From SAR202 cluster bacterium AC-409-J13_OGT_754m (GTDB lineage: Bacteria; Chloroflexota; Dehalococcoidia; Lucifugimonadales; GCA-2712585): DNA of 64,000 nt. The DNA is taken from contig VEXD01000001.1 in assembly GCA_009391235.1 (NCBI GenBank), positions 18,809 to 82,808 of the forward strand, read 5' to 3'. Position numbers and translations under genes: made by a program. The number at the start of each line of letters is the position of its first letter. The stretch's first letter is position 1. The notes under the pieces are model-generated. The model worked only from the letters and a program-made list of their open reading frames with translations. It was not told the DNA's origin and did not search any database. This document shows, one piece after another, positions 37,680-46,416 of this stretch.

Positions 37680-38858
37680 TTAGCCTCCCTCCAAATCACC
37701 CCTGTGTTGTTGTGCAGTTTGCCATAGTTGTTCGGATGCCCACGCATATATTTCACTATCATATTTCACTTCAACCCACCCTTCTGCTGTACCCTTCTCA
37801 AATCTATCATTAAGCCATGTCTCAAGAGTGACATCTTTCAGACGATCCATCCATTGTAATGAGTTTTCCATATCTTTTGGACCATCTAAAACCCTAACAA
37901 AGTAGAAAACTCCGCTATTCATAATTGGCGGACTCGTTTCATTATGAGGAATAGGAACAACATCGGGCCCCCCAAACATCATCAAATCCAGTCCTGGGAA
38001 TGCTCCTTTGGGTACCCATCCAACATAACCGTTCGTATCAGCATATCGAAACGCAACTGCAAATTCCAAAGCTACTTCTTCAAAATTTTCGCTTTGAAGT
38101 CGTTGCTCTACCACATCTACATTAATAAACTTCTCTTGATCGCCCCACGAAGGATCTGGTCTAGTAGGCATGCTAATCCAGGAAACTTCCATATGCTCAG
38201 ATGTTTCTGGTATGTCTACACTTAATGCCTCTCTCATCCTATAAAAATATAATTGTTCCTCGGCCAGTCTCCTATAGTCATCTTCAGTTATACGATTAAA
38301 ATTAAGGTAGCTATGATAATTCTCCAAATATTCCCTTTCTAACTGGTCCTCAGTAATTTCTTGACCGTCAGGTATATTAGGAGTAAATAGAGCCTTTATA
38401 GCTCGATCGATATCTTTTTCGGTAACACTGATTCCATAATCAGGTGCTCCTTGCTTCAAAAGCTCCATCTGAACCATTCCCAAGTTAAATGGACCAAGGC
38501 TGACATCAATATCATTATTGTAGAGAACTCTCAGGATGTCAGTAAATCCAGTTCCAGCTTGGCCACGATAATCTTGAGAAGCTTGAATCATACGCACTCT
38601 TTTTACCAGATCTCCCTGGCTAAATCTGACATCATTGACAACAGCAGCTTTTACTCTAGGTGGAGAGTAATATTGAACATACCATCCCAGAATTATCAGA
38701 CCCGATATGATTGTTAGCACCGTGGCACCAAATATCAGAATCAGTCTTTTTCCGGAACTTTGTCTCTCTAACTGATGTGCCCTTATACGTCTATCCGTTG
38801 GTTGATAAGAACCACCGCGTTTTTCAACCGGTCTACGTTTTGGTCCTGACTGACCCAT
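37680..38858 (-). CDS. Membrane-anchored hypothetical protein, possibly a SurA/PpiD-like chaperone with a degenerate parvulin domain
   Basis: 392 aa. Basic N-terminus then one TM helix (LILIFGATVLTIISGLIILGW). The later RLQSENFEEVALEF...NGYVGWVPKG region loosely resembles a PpiC-type domain. Weak, by eye only. Confidence 0.55.
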   Translation of the reverse strand: MGQSGPKRRPVEKRGGSYQPTDRRIRAHQLERQSSGKRLILIFGATVLTIISGLIILGWYVQYYSPPRVKAAVVNDVRFSQGDLVKRVRMIQASQDYRGQAGTGFTDILRVLYNNDIDVSLGPFNLGMVQMELLKQGAPDYGISVTEKDIDRAIKALFTPNIPDGQEITEDQLEREYLENYHSYLNFNRITEDDYRRLAEEQLYFYRMREALSVDIPETSEHMEVSWISMPTRPDPSWGDQEKFINVDVVEQRLQSENFEEVALEFAVAFRYADTNGYVGWVPKGAFPGLDLMMFGGPDVVPIPHNETSPPIMNSGVFYFVRVLDGPKDMENSLQWMDRLKDVTLETWLNDRFEKGTAEGWVEVKYDSEIYAWASEQLWQTAQQHRGDLEGG

Positions 38859-38942
38859 TATTGATAACCTCTCAAATGACTATGTCCTAAATGGGGAACA
38901 ATGAAATGATTATTCAACAATAAGACGCCTTAAAAGAACCAT

Positions 38943-39227
38943 TTATCCGACTAGTTTACCGTGATTTGGGCTAAAAGGAAGAAGTGCCACAATACGAGCG
39001 CGCTTTATTGCCGCCACTAATACTCTTTGATGTCGGGCACAAGTTCCGCTCCTACGTCTAGGATCAATTTTCCAACGGTCAGATACGTACCTTCGTAACA
39101 ATCCGACATCTTTATAATCTATGTATTCTGCTTTCGACACACAAAAAGCACAGACCCTTCTCCTAGGCGTAAATCGGCGCCTTGGTCTCTCTCGTGATGA
39201 ATCCCTTGATGGGGCTCTAGTAATCAT
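38943..39227 (-). CDS. rpsR: 30S ribosomal protein S18
   Basis: 94 aa. [43 protein letters not shown] is the canonical bS18 core. Confidence 0.95.
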   Translation of the reverse strand: MITRAPSRDSSRERPRRRFTPRRRVCAFCVSKAEYIDYKDVGLLRRYVSDRWKIDPRRRSGTCARHQRVLVAAIKRARIVALLPFSPNHGKLVG

Positions 39228-39263
39228 TCAGAATGAATCTCCTGCGAAATTAGTGTTATTTGA

Positions 39264-39662
39264 TTAAAACGGTAGATCATCTGCATCATCAGAAGGAAAC
39301 GTGTTCTGAGGAGATTCGTCTGAACTTCCGACTTGGTCCAAGAACTGAACGGAGTTAGCCACAATTTCATTAACAGATCGTGATTGTCCGTCTTGACCTT
39401 CCCAAGATCGACTTCTAAATCTACCCTCTACATAAGCACGTCGTCCTTTAGACAAATACTGATTCACACGTTCTCCAAGTTTATCCCAAGCCACTACCGT
39501 AAACCATTCCGTTTCAGAGGTTTGTTCTCCATTTTCAGTTCTGGAAGTACGGGTAGTTGCCAACCGAAACGTGGTAACTGGGGTACCTCTAGGTGTATAC
39601 CTCATCTCAGGATCAGTGCCAAGGTTACCAATCACCATTATTTTATTCAACCATACAGCCAT
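39264..39662 (-). CDS. ssb: Single-stranded DNA-binding protein
   Basis: 132 aa. NKIMVIGNLGTDPEMRYTPRG OB fold and an acidic tail ending DDADDLPF. Confidence 0.95.
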   Translation of the reverse strand: MAVWLNKIMVIGNLGTDPEMRYTPRGTPVTTFRLATTRTSRTENGEQTSETEWFTVVAWDKLGERVNQYLSKGRRAYVEGRFRSRSWEGQDGQSRSVNEIVANSVQFLDQVGSSDESPQNTFPSDDADDLPF

Positions 39663-39664
39663 AT

Positions 39665-40249
39665 CTACTCCGAGTCAGAATCATCATTTGATTTAGATTT
39701 CGCATCCTCAGATTGGCCATTCACCTCTTCAGTTGAAGGTTCAAGCGTTTCTTGATTTGCAGAGTCAGGCGCTGATCCATTTACTTCTTTATCATCTGTA
39801 TTCTGGGTTAGATTTTTACTACTTTGCGTTTCAGAATCATCCCTCTCTCCAGAACTAGTATCAACATCATCCTGGGATACAGTACTCGGTTTATCTGTTG
39901 CAATATTTTCTTCGTTTTTCACATCTGTCTTAGCAGTTTTTTTATTGGGGGGAGGGTCTCGTACTACCATGTGCCTTAACACATTTTCAGTAAGACGAAG
40001 CTGATTTTCCAATTCGCTAACATCATGAGCTTCCATATTGAAGCGTAATATTTGATAATTACCTTCCATATAGGGTTGACCAGCCTTTTTGATTGGATAT
40101 GCCAGCCTTCGTGTCCCCCAATCATCTTCGCTGGTAATTTCTCCTCCCTCCTCACCTATAATATCTTTAACTCGATCTTTAGCTCCTAAACTATCCTCCT
40201 TGCTCAAAGCAGGATTCATCACCAGCATTAATTCATATTCACGTTTCAT
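39665..40249 (-). CDS. rpsF: 30S ribosomal protein S6 with an acidic low-complexity C-terminal extension of about 100 aa
   Basis: MKREYELMLVMNP... is an S6 N-terminus. The track ORF starts at GTG 40261, but ATG 40249 fits the family start. The tail is rich in D/E/S/T/N. Confidence 0.9.
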   Translation of the reverse strand: MKREYELMLVMNPALSKEDSLGAKDRVKDIIGEEGGEITSEDDWGTRRLAYPIKKAGQPYMEGNYQILRFNMEAHDVSELENQLRLTENVLRHMVVRDPPPNKKTAKTDVKNEENIATDKPSTVSQDDVDTSSGERDDSETQSSKNLTQNTDDKEVNGSAPDSANQETLEPSTEEVNGQSEDAKSKSNDDSDSE

Positions 40250-40310
40250 TGTATATCCCACGTTAATTTAGGCCGATTATAGCATCTAGCCCCTTTATCA
40301 CTCAACTTAA

Positions 40311-41555
40311 TTATAAATCTATCCCAGGTACAGGAAAAGATGAGGCAAGAGTTTCAACCTCATTTTTAACAGACTCTAGTTCAAAACCATCCCCATTGCT
40401 TTTCATCGCTCTCACAATCATATCAGCGATTTTATCCATTTCCAGAGTTCCAAAACCTCGACTAGTTAAAGCAGCAGAACCTAGCCGCAACCCACTAGTC
40501 ACTCTCGGGCGCTCTGGATCGTTGGGAATGGCGTTTTTATTTACTACTATCGAAACATCTTCAAGTATTTTTTCAGCCTCATTACCTTTTAACCCCAAAG
40601 GTCTGAGATCAACCAATATAAGATGATTGTCCGTACCCCCGGATACTATTCTTAAGCCATGACCTCTTAAAGAATTAGCCAAAGCACGAGCATTAACCAC
40701 GACATTCCGTGCATACTCCCGAAAAGATGGCTGCATTGCTTCTAGAAAACATACCGCCTTCGCTGCAATAACATGCATTAATGGTCCACCTTGTGTCATG
40801 GGGAAAACGGCACGATCAACATTGCGTGATAACTCCGAATTGCACAAAATGATACCTCCACGAGGTCCGCGTAATGTTTTTTGTGTTGTAGAAGTAACTA
40901 TATGAGCAAATGGAAAAGGAGACGGATGAGCACCTCCTGCCACCAATCCCGATATATGGGCCATGTCTACCATAAGAATAGATTTATTAATATCCGCAAT
41001 ATATCTAAACCTCTCAAAGTCAATGACTCTAGAATAAGCGGTGCATCCCGCTACTATAACCTTGGGTTGGCATTCCTTGGCTAATTTTTCTACCAAATGG
41101 TAATCAATTAGTTCACTTTCAGAATCAACGCCATAGTCAACGAAGTTGTACATTTTGCCTGAAAAGTTAACCTGACTCCCATGAGTAAGATGACCACCTT
41201 GATCGAGTCGTAAGCCCATAACAGTGTCTCCATGGTCCAGAAGGGCAAAATATGCTGCCATATTTGCTTGGGCACCGCTATGAGGCTGAACATTAGCATG
41301 CTCAGCACCAAACAGTTCTCTGGCCCTATCTATAGCCAGAGTCTCAACTTTGTCAGCGTAATCACAACCTCCGTAATATCTTTTGCCAGGGTATCCCTCA
41401 GCATACTTATTGTTCAAAACATTAGATTGGGCTTCTAATACAGCCTTGCTCGCATAGTTTTCAGAAGCAATTAAAACGATATTAGTCCGCTGGCGGCGAT
41501 TCTCATTTGCTATCGCCTCAGATATTTCCGGATCTATATCTACTAGATCAATCAT
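40311..41555 (-). CDS. glyA: Serine hydroxymethyltransferase
   Basis: 414 aa. LIASENY..., [15 protein letters not shown] (PLP-lysine region). Confidence 0.95.
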   Translation of the reverse strand: MIDLVDIDPEISEAIANENRRQRTNIVLIASENYASKAVLEAQSNVLNNKYAEGYPGKRYYGGCDYADKVETLAIDRARELFGAEHANVQPHSGAQANMAAYFALLDHGDTVMGLRLDQGGHLTHGSQVNFSGKMYNFVDYGVDSESELIDYHLVEKLAKECQPKVIVAGCTAYSRVIDFERFRYIADINKSILMVDMAHISGLVAGGAHPSPFPFAHIVTSTTQKTLRGPRGGIILCNSELSRNVDRAVFPMTQGGPLMHVIAAKAVCFLEAMQPSFREYARNVVVNARALANSLRGHGLRIVSGGTDNHLILVDLRPLGLKGNEAEKILEDVSIVVNKNAIPNDPERPRVTSGLRLGSAALTSRGFGTLEMDKIADMIVRAMKSNGDGFELESVKNEVETLASSFPVPGIDL

Positions 41556-41818
41556 AAACTGGTCATTATATCCTCAGTAATAAATTTATGGATTCCCTGG
41601 GAATGCTAGAGTCTTATATATCAATTCCTGAACTATATCCTTAGATAAAGGATACGGCCGTAATACTTAGTATGTCAACGAAGCTAGGCACTGTTGGAAG
41701 CGGATTTGAATAGAATAACCCTGGATAATTCTAATTGACAATTGTGTGGTAAATATGCATTATCCTAGCCAACTCATCAATCTTTAAGCATTCCCTCAAA
41801 TCAAGAATCATTAAGCTT

Positions 41819-43159
41819 ATGAAATCTCATAACGTATCCAAAAAACGCATATTCGTATCTATTTTATTCATGTCCCTAATGACATTGGGAATATACGGAC
41901 AAGTTTCAGCTCAAGAACGATTCGCCGTTGTTACAGTTATCAACGGCATGATCAATCCAATAACACAAAATCACATAGAAAAAACCGTTGAGTCTGCTGA
42001 AAGAGATGGTGCTGAGTTAGTGATAATCCAGTTAAATACGCCCGGAGGTATGACTTCATCTACGTACAAGATAGTGGAATCATTGCTTAATGCTAAAGTC
42101 CCCACAGTAGTGTATGTATCCCCACGCGGAGCTCAAGCAGCTTCTGCTGGAACTTTCATTACTGCTGCAGCTCATATCGCAGTTATGGCTCCAGGAACCA
42201 ATATAGGTGCTGCATCTCCAGTTGGGATGGCGGGTGAAGAATTAAAAGGTACCGTGAAAGCTAAAATAACTAACGACGCTACCGCTCGCATGCGTGGAAT
42301 AGCATTAGAACGTAATAGAAATAGTGCCATTCTAGAATCTACCATATTGGACTCTGCATCTTTCTCTTCACATGAAGCCCTTGATGCCAACATCATAGAT
42401 TTCATAGCTTCGGATTTAGATGACCTCATAATTCAGCTTGATGGAAGTTCTCTATCAATCAACGGTGATGACATTCTTATAGAAACTAGTGGATTAACAA
42501 TACGAACTACAGATATGGGTATTGTTAATCAGTTTCTCTATTTATTAGCTGATCCTAATATATCATTCCTTCTACTATCTATTGGTGGTCTTGCATTGGT
42601 GGTAGAGATAATGAATCCAGGTCTCATATTTCCTGGTATAACGGGTGTAATTTTCCTAATTCTGGCTTTTGTCAGCCTGGGTAATCTACCCGTGAATTGG
42701 GCAGGAGCCGCTCTTATTCTCATAGCTGGGGCTTTATTTATAGCAGAAGTCTACATATCCGGCTTTGGAATTCTTGGAATAGGAAGTGTAATTAGCTTTG
42801 TTCTGGGTGGCATCCTGTTATTTTCACACTTTGATGGCCCTTCCCCTACAGGACAGCCCTTAAGTGTCAACCTATGGATTATAGTACCTTTGAGCGCTAT
42901 ACTAACCACCATAATAGGGTGGGTTGGTCTAACCATAACAAGACCCGGAAAATCATATCAGTCTCTAGATCCTCCACCCACTATTGGGGATGAGGCAATT
43001 GTTGCCTCCACCTTATCGCCAACCGGTACCGTATATCTTAATAACCAGGTGTGGACAGCAACTACCTCTGGGAATACAGTAATCGAAATAGGAAGCAAAG
43101 TGAGAGTAGTTGGGAAAAAAGGCATAATTTTGGCTGTAGTACTAATCGATCAAGCATAA
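41819..43159 (+). CDS. NfeD-family membrane-bound ClpP-class serine protease (long form)
   Basis: 446 aa. Signal/TM, LNTPGG and AASAGTFI protease motifs, central TM helices, and a C-terminal OB-fold (GTVYLNNQVWTA...VRVVG). Followed by an SPFH gene. Confidence 0.85.
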   Translation: MKSHNVSKKRIFVSILFMSLMTLGIYGQVSAQERFAVVTVINGMINPITQNHIEKTVESAERDGAELVIIQLNTPGGMTSSTYKIVESLLNAKVPTVVYVSPRGAQAASAGTFITAAAHIAVMAPGTNIGAASPVGMAGEELKGTVKAKITNDATARMRGIALERNRNSAILESTILDSASFSSHEALDANIIDFIASDLDDLIIQLDGSSLSINGDDILIETSGLTIRTTDMGIVNQFLYLLADPNISFLLLSIGGLALVVEIMNPGLIFPGITGVIFLILAFVSLGNLPVNWAGAALILIAGALFIAEVYISGFGILGIGSVISFVLGGILLFSHFDGPSPTGQPLSVNLWIIVPLSAILTTIIGWVGLTITRPGKSYQSLDPPPTIGDEAIVASTLSPTGTVYLNNQVWTATTSGNTVIEIGSKVRVVGKKGIILAVVLIDQA

Positions 43160-43170
43160 CCGGAGGTAAC

Positions 43171-44025
43171 ATGGCAGTAGGAATAGTCGTCGTCAAACAA
43201 TTCGAGAAACTTGTAGTACTCAGATGGGGCCGTTTGAATCGGGTTCAAGGGGCAGGTCTTAGACTGATTATTCCTATAGTGGAAACTTCTCGCAAGGTCG
43301 ATGTAAGAGAACGGGTACAACGAGTCCCCATACAAAAATATATTACTAGTGACAATGTCGTCGTAGATATGGATTTCGTAATTTACTATCGTGTCATGGA
43401 AGAACAAGCGGAGCGATCGGTTCTCAATGTCCAAAGTTTCGAAACAGCTGTAGTCAATCTTGCCGTAGCGGAGCTAAGGTCCATTATAGGTACTATCAGC
43501 TTGGCAGAAGCACTTGGTGAACGAGAAAAAATGCAACACAGACTACAAATTGCCATGGATGAAAGTACAGGGCGGTGGGGAGTAAAAGTGCAAGGAGTTG
43601 CAATTAATGAAATAGATCCTCCGCCAGGTGTAAAAGCCGCTATGGAAAGAGAAAAATCAGCTGCCGCTATTAAAACTGCAGATATAACTGAATCCGAAGG
43701 ACAACGTCAAGCTCAAATAAATCGAGCTGAAGGTGAAAAACAATCTGCAATATTGCGAGCTGAAGGTGAAAGAGAAAAAGAAATTCTGGAAGCAGAAGGC
43801 GATCAACAAGCAGCGGTGCTAAGAGCCAAAGGATTCAGCGAAGCACTCGAGAAGATCTATGAAGTAGCATCTACAGTAGATGCCAAAACTATGAGTCTCC
43901 AATATTTCGATGTCCTAAAAGAAATGGGAACCAGCCCATCAACAAAATTCATTCTACCAATGGAATTTACCCAAATGCTACGACCATTTCTCAACATGGA
44001 CTCGAACAAACAAGATAATGAATAA
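43171..44025 (+). CDS. SPFH/band-7 (stomatin-like) protein
   Basis: The track ORF starts at 43051 inside nfeD. ATG 43171 has GGAGG 4 nt upstream. VVVKQFEKLVVLRWGRL...PIVE...VDVRE SPFH core and a C-terminal AEGE-type coiled-coil repeat. Confidence 0.85.
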   Translation: MAVGIVVVKQFEKLVVLRWGRLNRVQGAGLRLIIPIVETSRKVDVRERVQRVPIQKYITSDNVVVDMDFVIYYRVMEEQAERSVLNVQSFETAVVNLAVAELRSIIGTISLAEALGEREKMQHRLQIAMDESTGRWGVKVQGVAINEIDPPPGVKAAMEREKSAAAIKTADITESEGQRQAQINRAEGEKQSAILRAEGEREKEILEAEGDQQAAVLRAKGFSEALEKIYEVASTVDAKTMSLQYFDVLKEMGTSPSTKFILPMEFTQMLRPFLNMDSNKQDNE

Positions 44026-44093
44026 TGGCAGCAATGCTCTTATTTTATGCTGGTCACATCCATTAAGACGCCTTTGAAATCAGCTGAATATCC

Positions 44094-45065
44094 TTATGGA
44101 GGAGAGTTTCCTCCCCATTCTAAGGAATAAGAGAGCCCATTCAGTAGCTCAATGGCACTTGAATATGGTTCTACTTGACCGTCCTCAACCATGGAGAGAA
44201 GACTTTTTAATTTGGGATCATTGTTAATCAATTGGTTAGTTAACTTACTAAAGTATTCCTCCATGATTCCAGATGCTTCTTTAAGTCTACGCTCTCTTCG
44301 CCGCTTATCTAACAATCCTGTTTCTATCATAAATTCGTAGTGCAATTTTATAGCGTCATATAATTTATCCATGCCTTCACCAGTTACTGCTTTACCAGAC
44401 AATAAAGGAACGGTCCATTCCCGATTCGATATAGAAGTAGAAAGATAGTTATCTATAGCATGAATCATCCGCTGTGCCCCAGGCCGATCGGCTTTATTTA
44501 CCAAATATATATCTGCGATTTCCATCAATCCAGCTTTAAAGGTTTGTATAGAGTCGCCTCCCTCTGGAACCAAAGTGACAACTACGGTATCAACTACATT
44601 AGACACATCAACACCTGTTTGGCCTACTCCTACGGTTTCTACCAAAACAACATCCTGACCAGCTGCATCTAAAAGCCTGATCACTCCATTCATCATACGT
44701 GGGAGTCCACCCAATCTACCTCGTGTCGCCATACTACGAATAAATACTCCAGGATCTTCGTAATGTTTATTCATTCTTATGCGATCACCTAATATTGCGC
44801 CGCCTGTATACGGACTCGTTGGATCCACAGCCAAAACAGCTACCGAAAAACTATGATCCCTGAAAATTTCGGTAAGCTTTGACGTGATGGTGCTTTTCCC
44901 CACCCCAGGAGACCCTGTGATACCTACACAGTAGATCCCCTTTAGGGAGGTATAGACATCTTTCATAACCAATATTCCATCAGGATCATTTCTCTCTAAT
45001 AAGGATATCGATTGTGAAAGAGCCCTCTTATCACCATCAAGCAAACGTTTAGAAATATCTAACAA
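44094..45065 (-). CDS. meaB: MeaB/ArgK-type G3E GTPase (methylmalonyl-CoA mutase-associated chaperone family)
   Basis: 323 aa. GITGSPGVGKST P-loop, VETVGVGQ, NKAD. Confidence 0.85.
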   Translation of the reverse strand: MLDISKRLLDGDKRALSQSISLLERNDPDGILVMKDVYTSLKGIYCVGITGSPGVGKSTITSKLTEIFRDHSFSVAVLAVDPTSPYTGGAILGDRIRMNKHYEDPGVFIRSMATRGRLGGLPRMMNGVIRLLDAAGQDVVLVETVGVGQTGVDVSNVVDTVVVTLVPEGGDSIQTFKAGLMEIADIYLVNKADRPGAQRMIHAIDNYLSTSISNREWTVPLLSGKAVTGEGMDKLYDAIKLHYEFMIETGLLDKRRRERRLKEASGIMEEYFSKLTNQLINNDPKLKSLLSMVEDGQVEPYSSAIELLNGLSYSLEWGGNSPP

Positions 45066-45193
45066 ACTAATCCGCCTCCTAATACAGTTTCAAAATGTAC
45101 CAACTAGTCCTATCTACAGTCAACACAAATCTCTAATCGCAATTCTCGAATTATCAAATCTAAATGACAACTTGACCCAAGCTAGATTTTAAC

Positions 45194-45222
45194 TTGACAA
45201 TAGTATTAGGTAAATGTATACA
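45194..45222 (+). promoter_or_regulatory. Putative sigma70-type promoter for the iron ABC operon (TTGACA-N17-TATACA)
   Basis: TTGACA at 45194-45199 and TATACA at 45217-45222, preceded by TG. About 70 nt upstream of the ATG at 45292. Sequence match only. Confidence 0.35.
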
Positions 45223-45232
45223 TATTTGCTAC

Positions 45233-45246
45233 TTAGTATATACTAA
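45233..45246. promoter_or_regulatory. Perfect 14-bp palindrome TTAGTATATACTAA (candidate operator) in the iron-transporter leader
   Basis: The sequence is its own reverse complement. It lies between the putative -10 and the start codon of the substrate-binding protein gene. Confidence 0.3.
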
Positions 45247-45291
45247 CTTACAGCAGTGCTTATGCTAACTTATAAAAATCTAAGCAAATAA

Positions 45292-46380
45292 ATGAACGCA
45301 GAAATCCAGAACCGATTTATAAGAAACCGTAATTCTATATTTTTCATATGGACATTAACTCTATTTTTGATCACAGCATGTAGTGGTTCTAGCACATCCT
45401 CCGTAGTGCCAGAACCTGACACTAACGCACAAGACAAAATCACTAATTCTAATAAAGACATATTGACTGTTTATTCTGGTCGCAGTGAAAGCTTGGTTGG
45501 ACCAATAATTGACCAATTCGCTATATCAACTGGAGTTGATGTAGCGGTCAAATATGGTAAGACGCCTCAACTGGCTGCAACAATTTTAGAAGAAGGTGCA
45601 AAAAGTCCAGCTGATATATTTTTTGCCCAAGATCCTGGTGGTCTTGCTGCAGTAGAGAATCTGCTGATCCCTATAGCAGAAAATACTCTAAATCAAGTTC
45701 CGGAATGGGCTCGTTCAACGGATGCTAAATGGGTAGGAATATCCGGAAGAGCTAGAACGGTAGTATATAATCCAAACAACATAGATGAATCAGACCTGCC
45801 CAACGACATGTGGGGGTTTGTGGAACCGCAATGGAACGGCCGTATAGGATGGGCTCCGGCTAATGCATCATTCCAAACAATGGTAACTGGAATGCGAACA
45901 CTTTGGGGTGAAGATAAAACTCGTGAATGGCTTAATGGTATTCAAAGGAATGAGCCCACTATATACCCGAAAAACACCCCACAAGTTGCTGCCGTTGCTA
46001 GAGGCGAAATAGACGTGGGATTCGTCAATCACTATTATCTATTCAGGTTCCTTGCCGAAGAGGGAGATGACTTTCCCGTTCGCAACTATCACCCTAGAGC
46101 AGGTGGCCCCGGTTCAGTAATAATGGTTGCAGGTGCTGGAATTTTGGAAAGTTCAAAAAACAAAACAACTGCTGAAAAATTTTTAGGGTTTATGTTATCT
46201 GAAATAGCACAACAGTATTTCACTGCGCAAACATACGAATATCCATTAATTGATGGTGTAAAAACTAGCAGAATATTAGTACCCATTGATGAAATAAATC
46301 ATCCTAATATGCCACTAAGTAGCTTTGCTGACTTAGAAGGCACAGGCAAACTTCTCAGAGAAACGGGCATACTTCCCTAG
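45292..46380 (+). CDS. Fe(III)-type ABC transporter substrate-binding lipoprotein (FbpA/AfuA/FutA-like)
   Basis: 362 aa. Signal peptide with lipobox LITAC. LTVYSGRSESLVGPII...FFAQDPG is the pattern of family-1 iron-binding SBPs. Confidence 0.8.
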   Translation: MNAEIQNRFIRNRNSIFFIWTLTLFLITACSGSSTSSVVPEPDTNAQDKITNSNKDILTVYSGRSESLVGPIIDQFAISTGVDVAVKYGKTPQLAATILEEGAKSPADIFFAQDPGGLAAVENLLIPIAENTLNQVPEWARSTDAKWVGISGRARTVVYNPNNIDESDLPNDMWGFVEPQWNGRIGWAPANASFQTMVTGMRTLWGEDKTREWLNGIQRNEPTIYPKNTPQVAAVARGEIDVGFVNHYYLFRFLAEEGDDFPVRNYHPRAGGPGSVIMVAGAGILESSKNKTTAEKFLGFMLSEIAQQYFTAQTYEYPLIDGVKTSRILVPIDEINHPNMPLSSFADLEGTGKLLRETGILP

Positions 46381-46416
46381 CTTAATTGACTGGAGTAATA
46401 GACATACCTATGGAAC

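Noticed and set aside
41556-41818. ZTP (pfl) or glycine riboswitch upstream of glyA
   Set aside because: There is no CCGCCTGGGC-like 3' sub-domain or GGGTCG-type 5' element on the minus strand. Only weak promoter-like hexamers are present.
43051-43170. N-terminal extension of the SPFH ORF overlapping nfeD
   Set aside because: The extension is polar, has no family similarity and lies inside nfeD in another frame. ATG 43171 has a GGAGG SD.
45130-45222. Fur box or DtxR/IdeR box in the iron-transporter promoter
   Set aside because: The best segments (GCAATTCTCGAATTATCAA, and TTAGGTAAATGTATACATA with about 11 of 19 matches to the IdeR consensus as I recall it) are weak and not palindromic.
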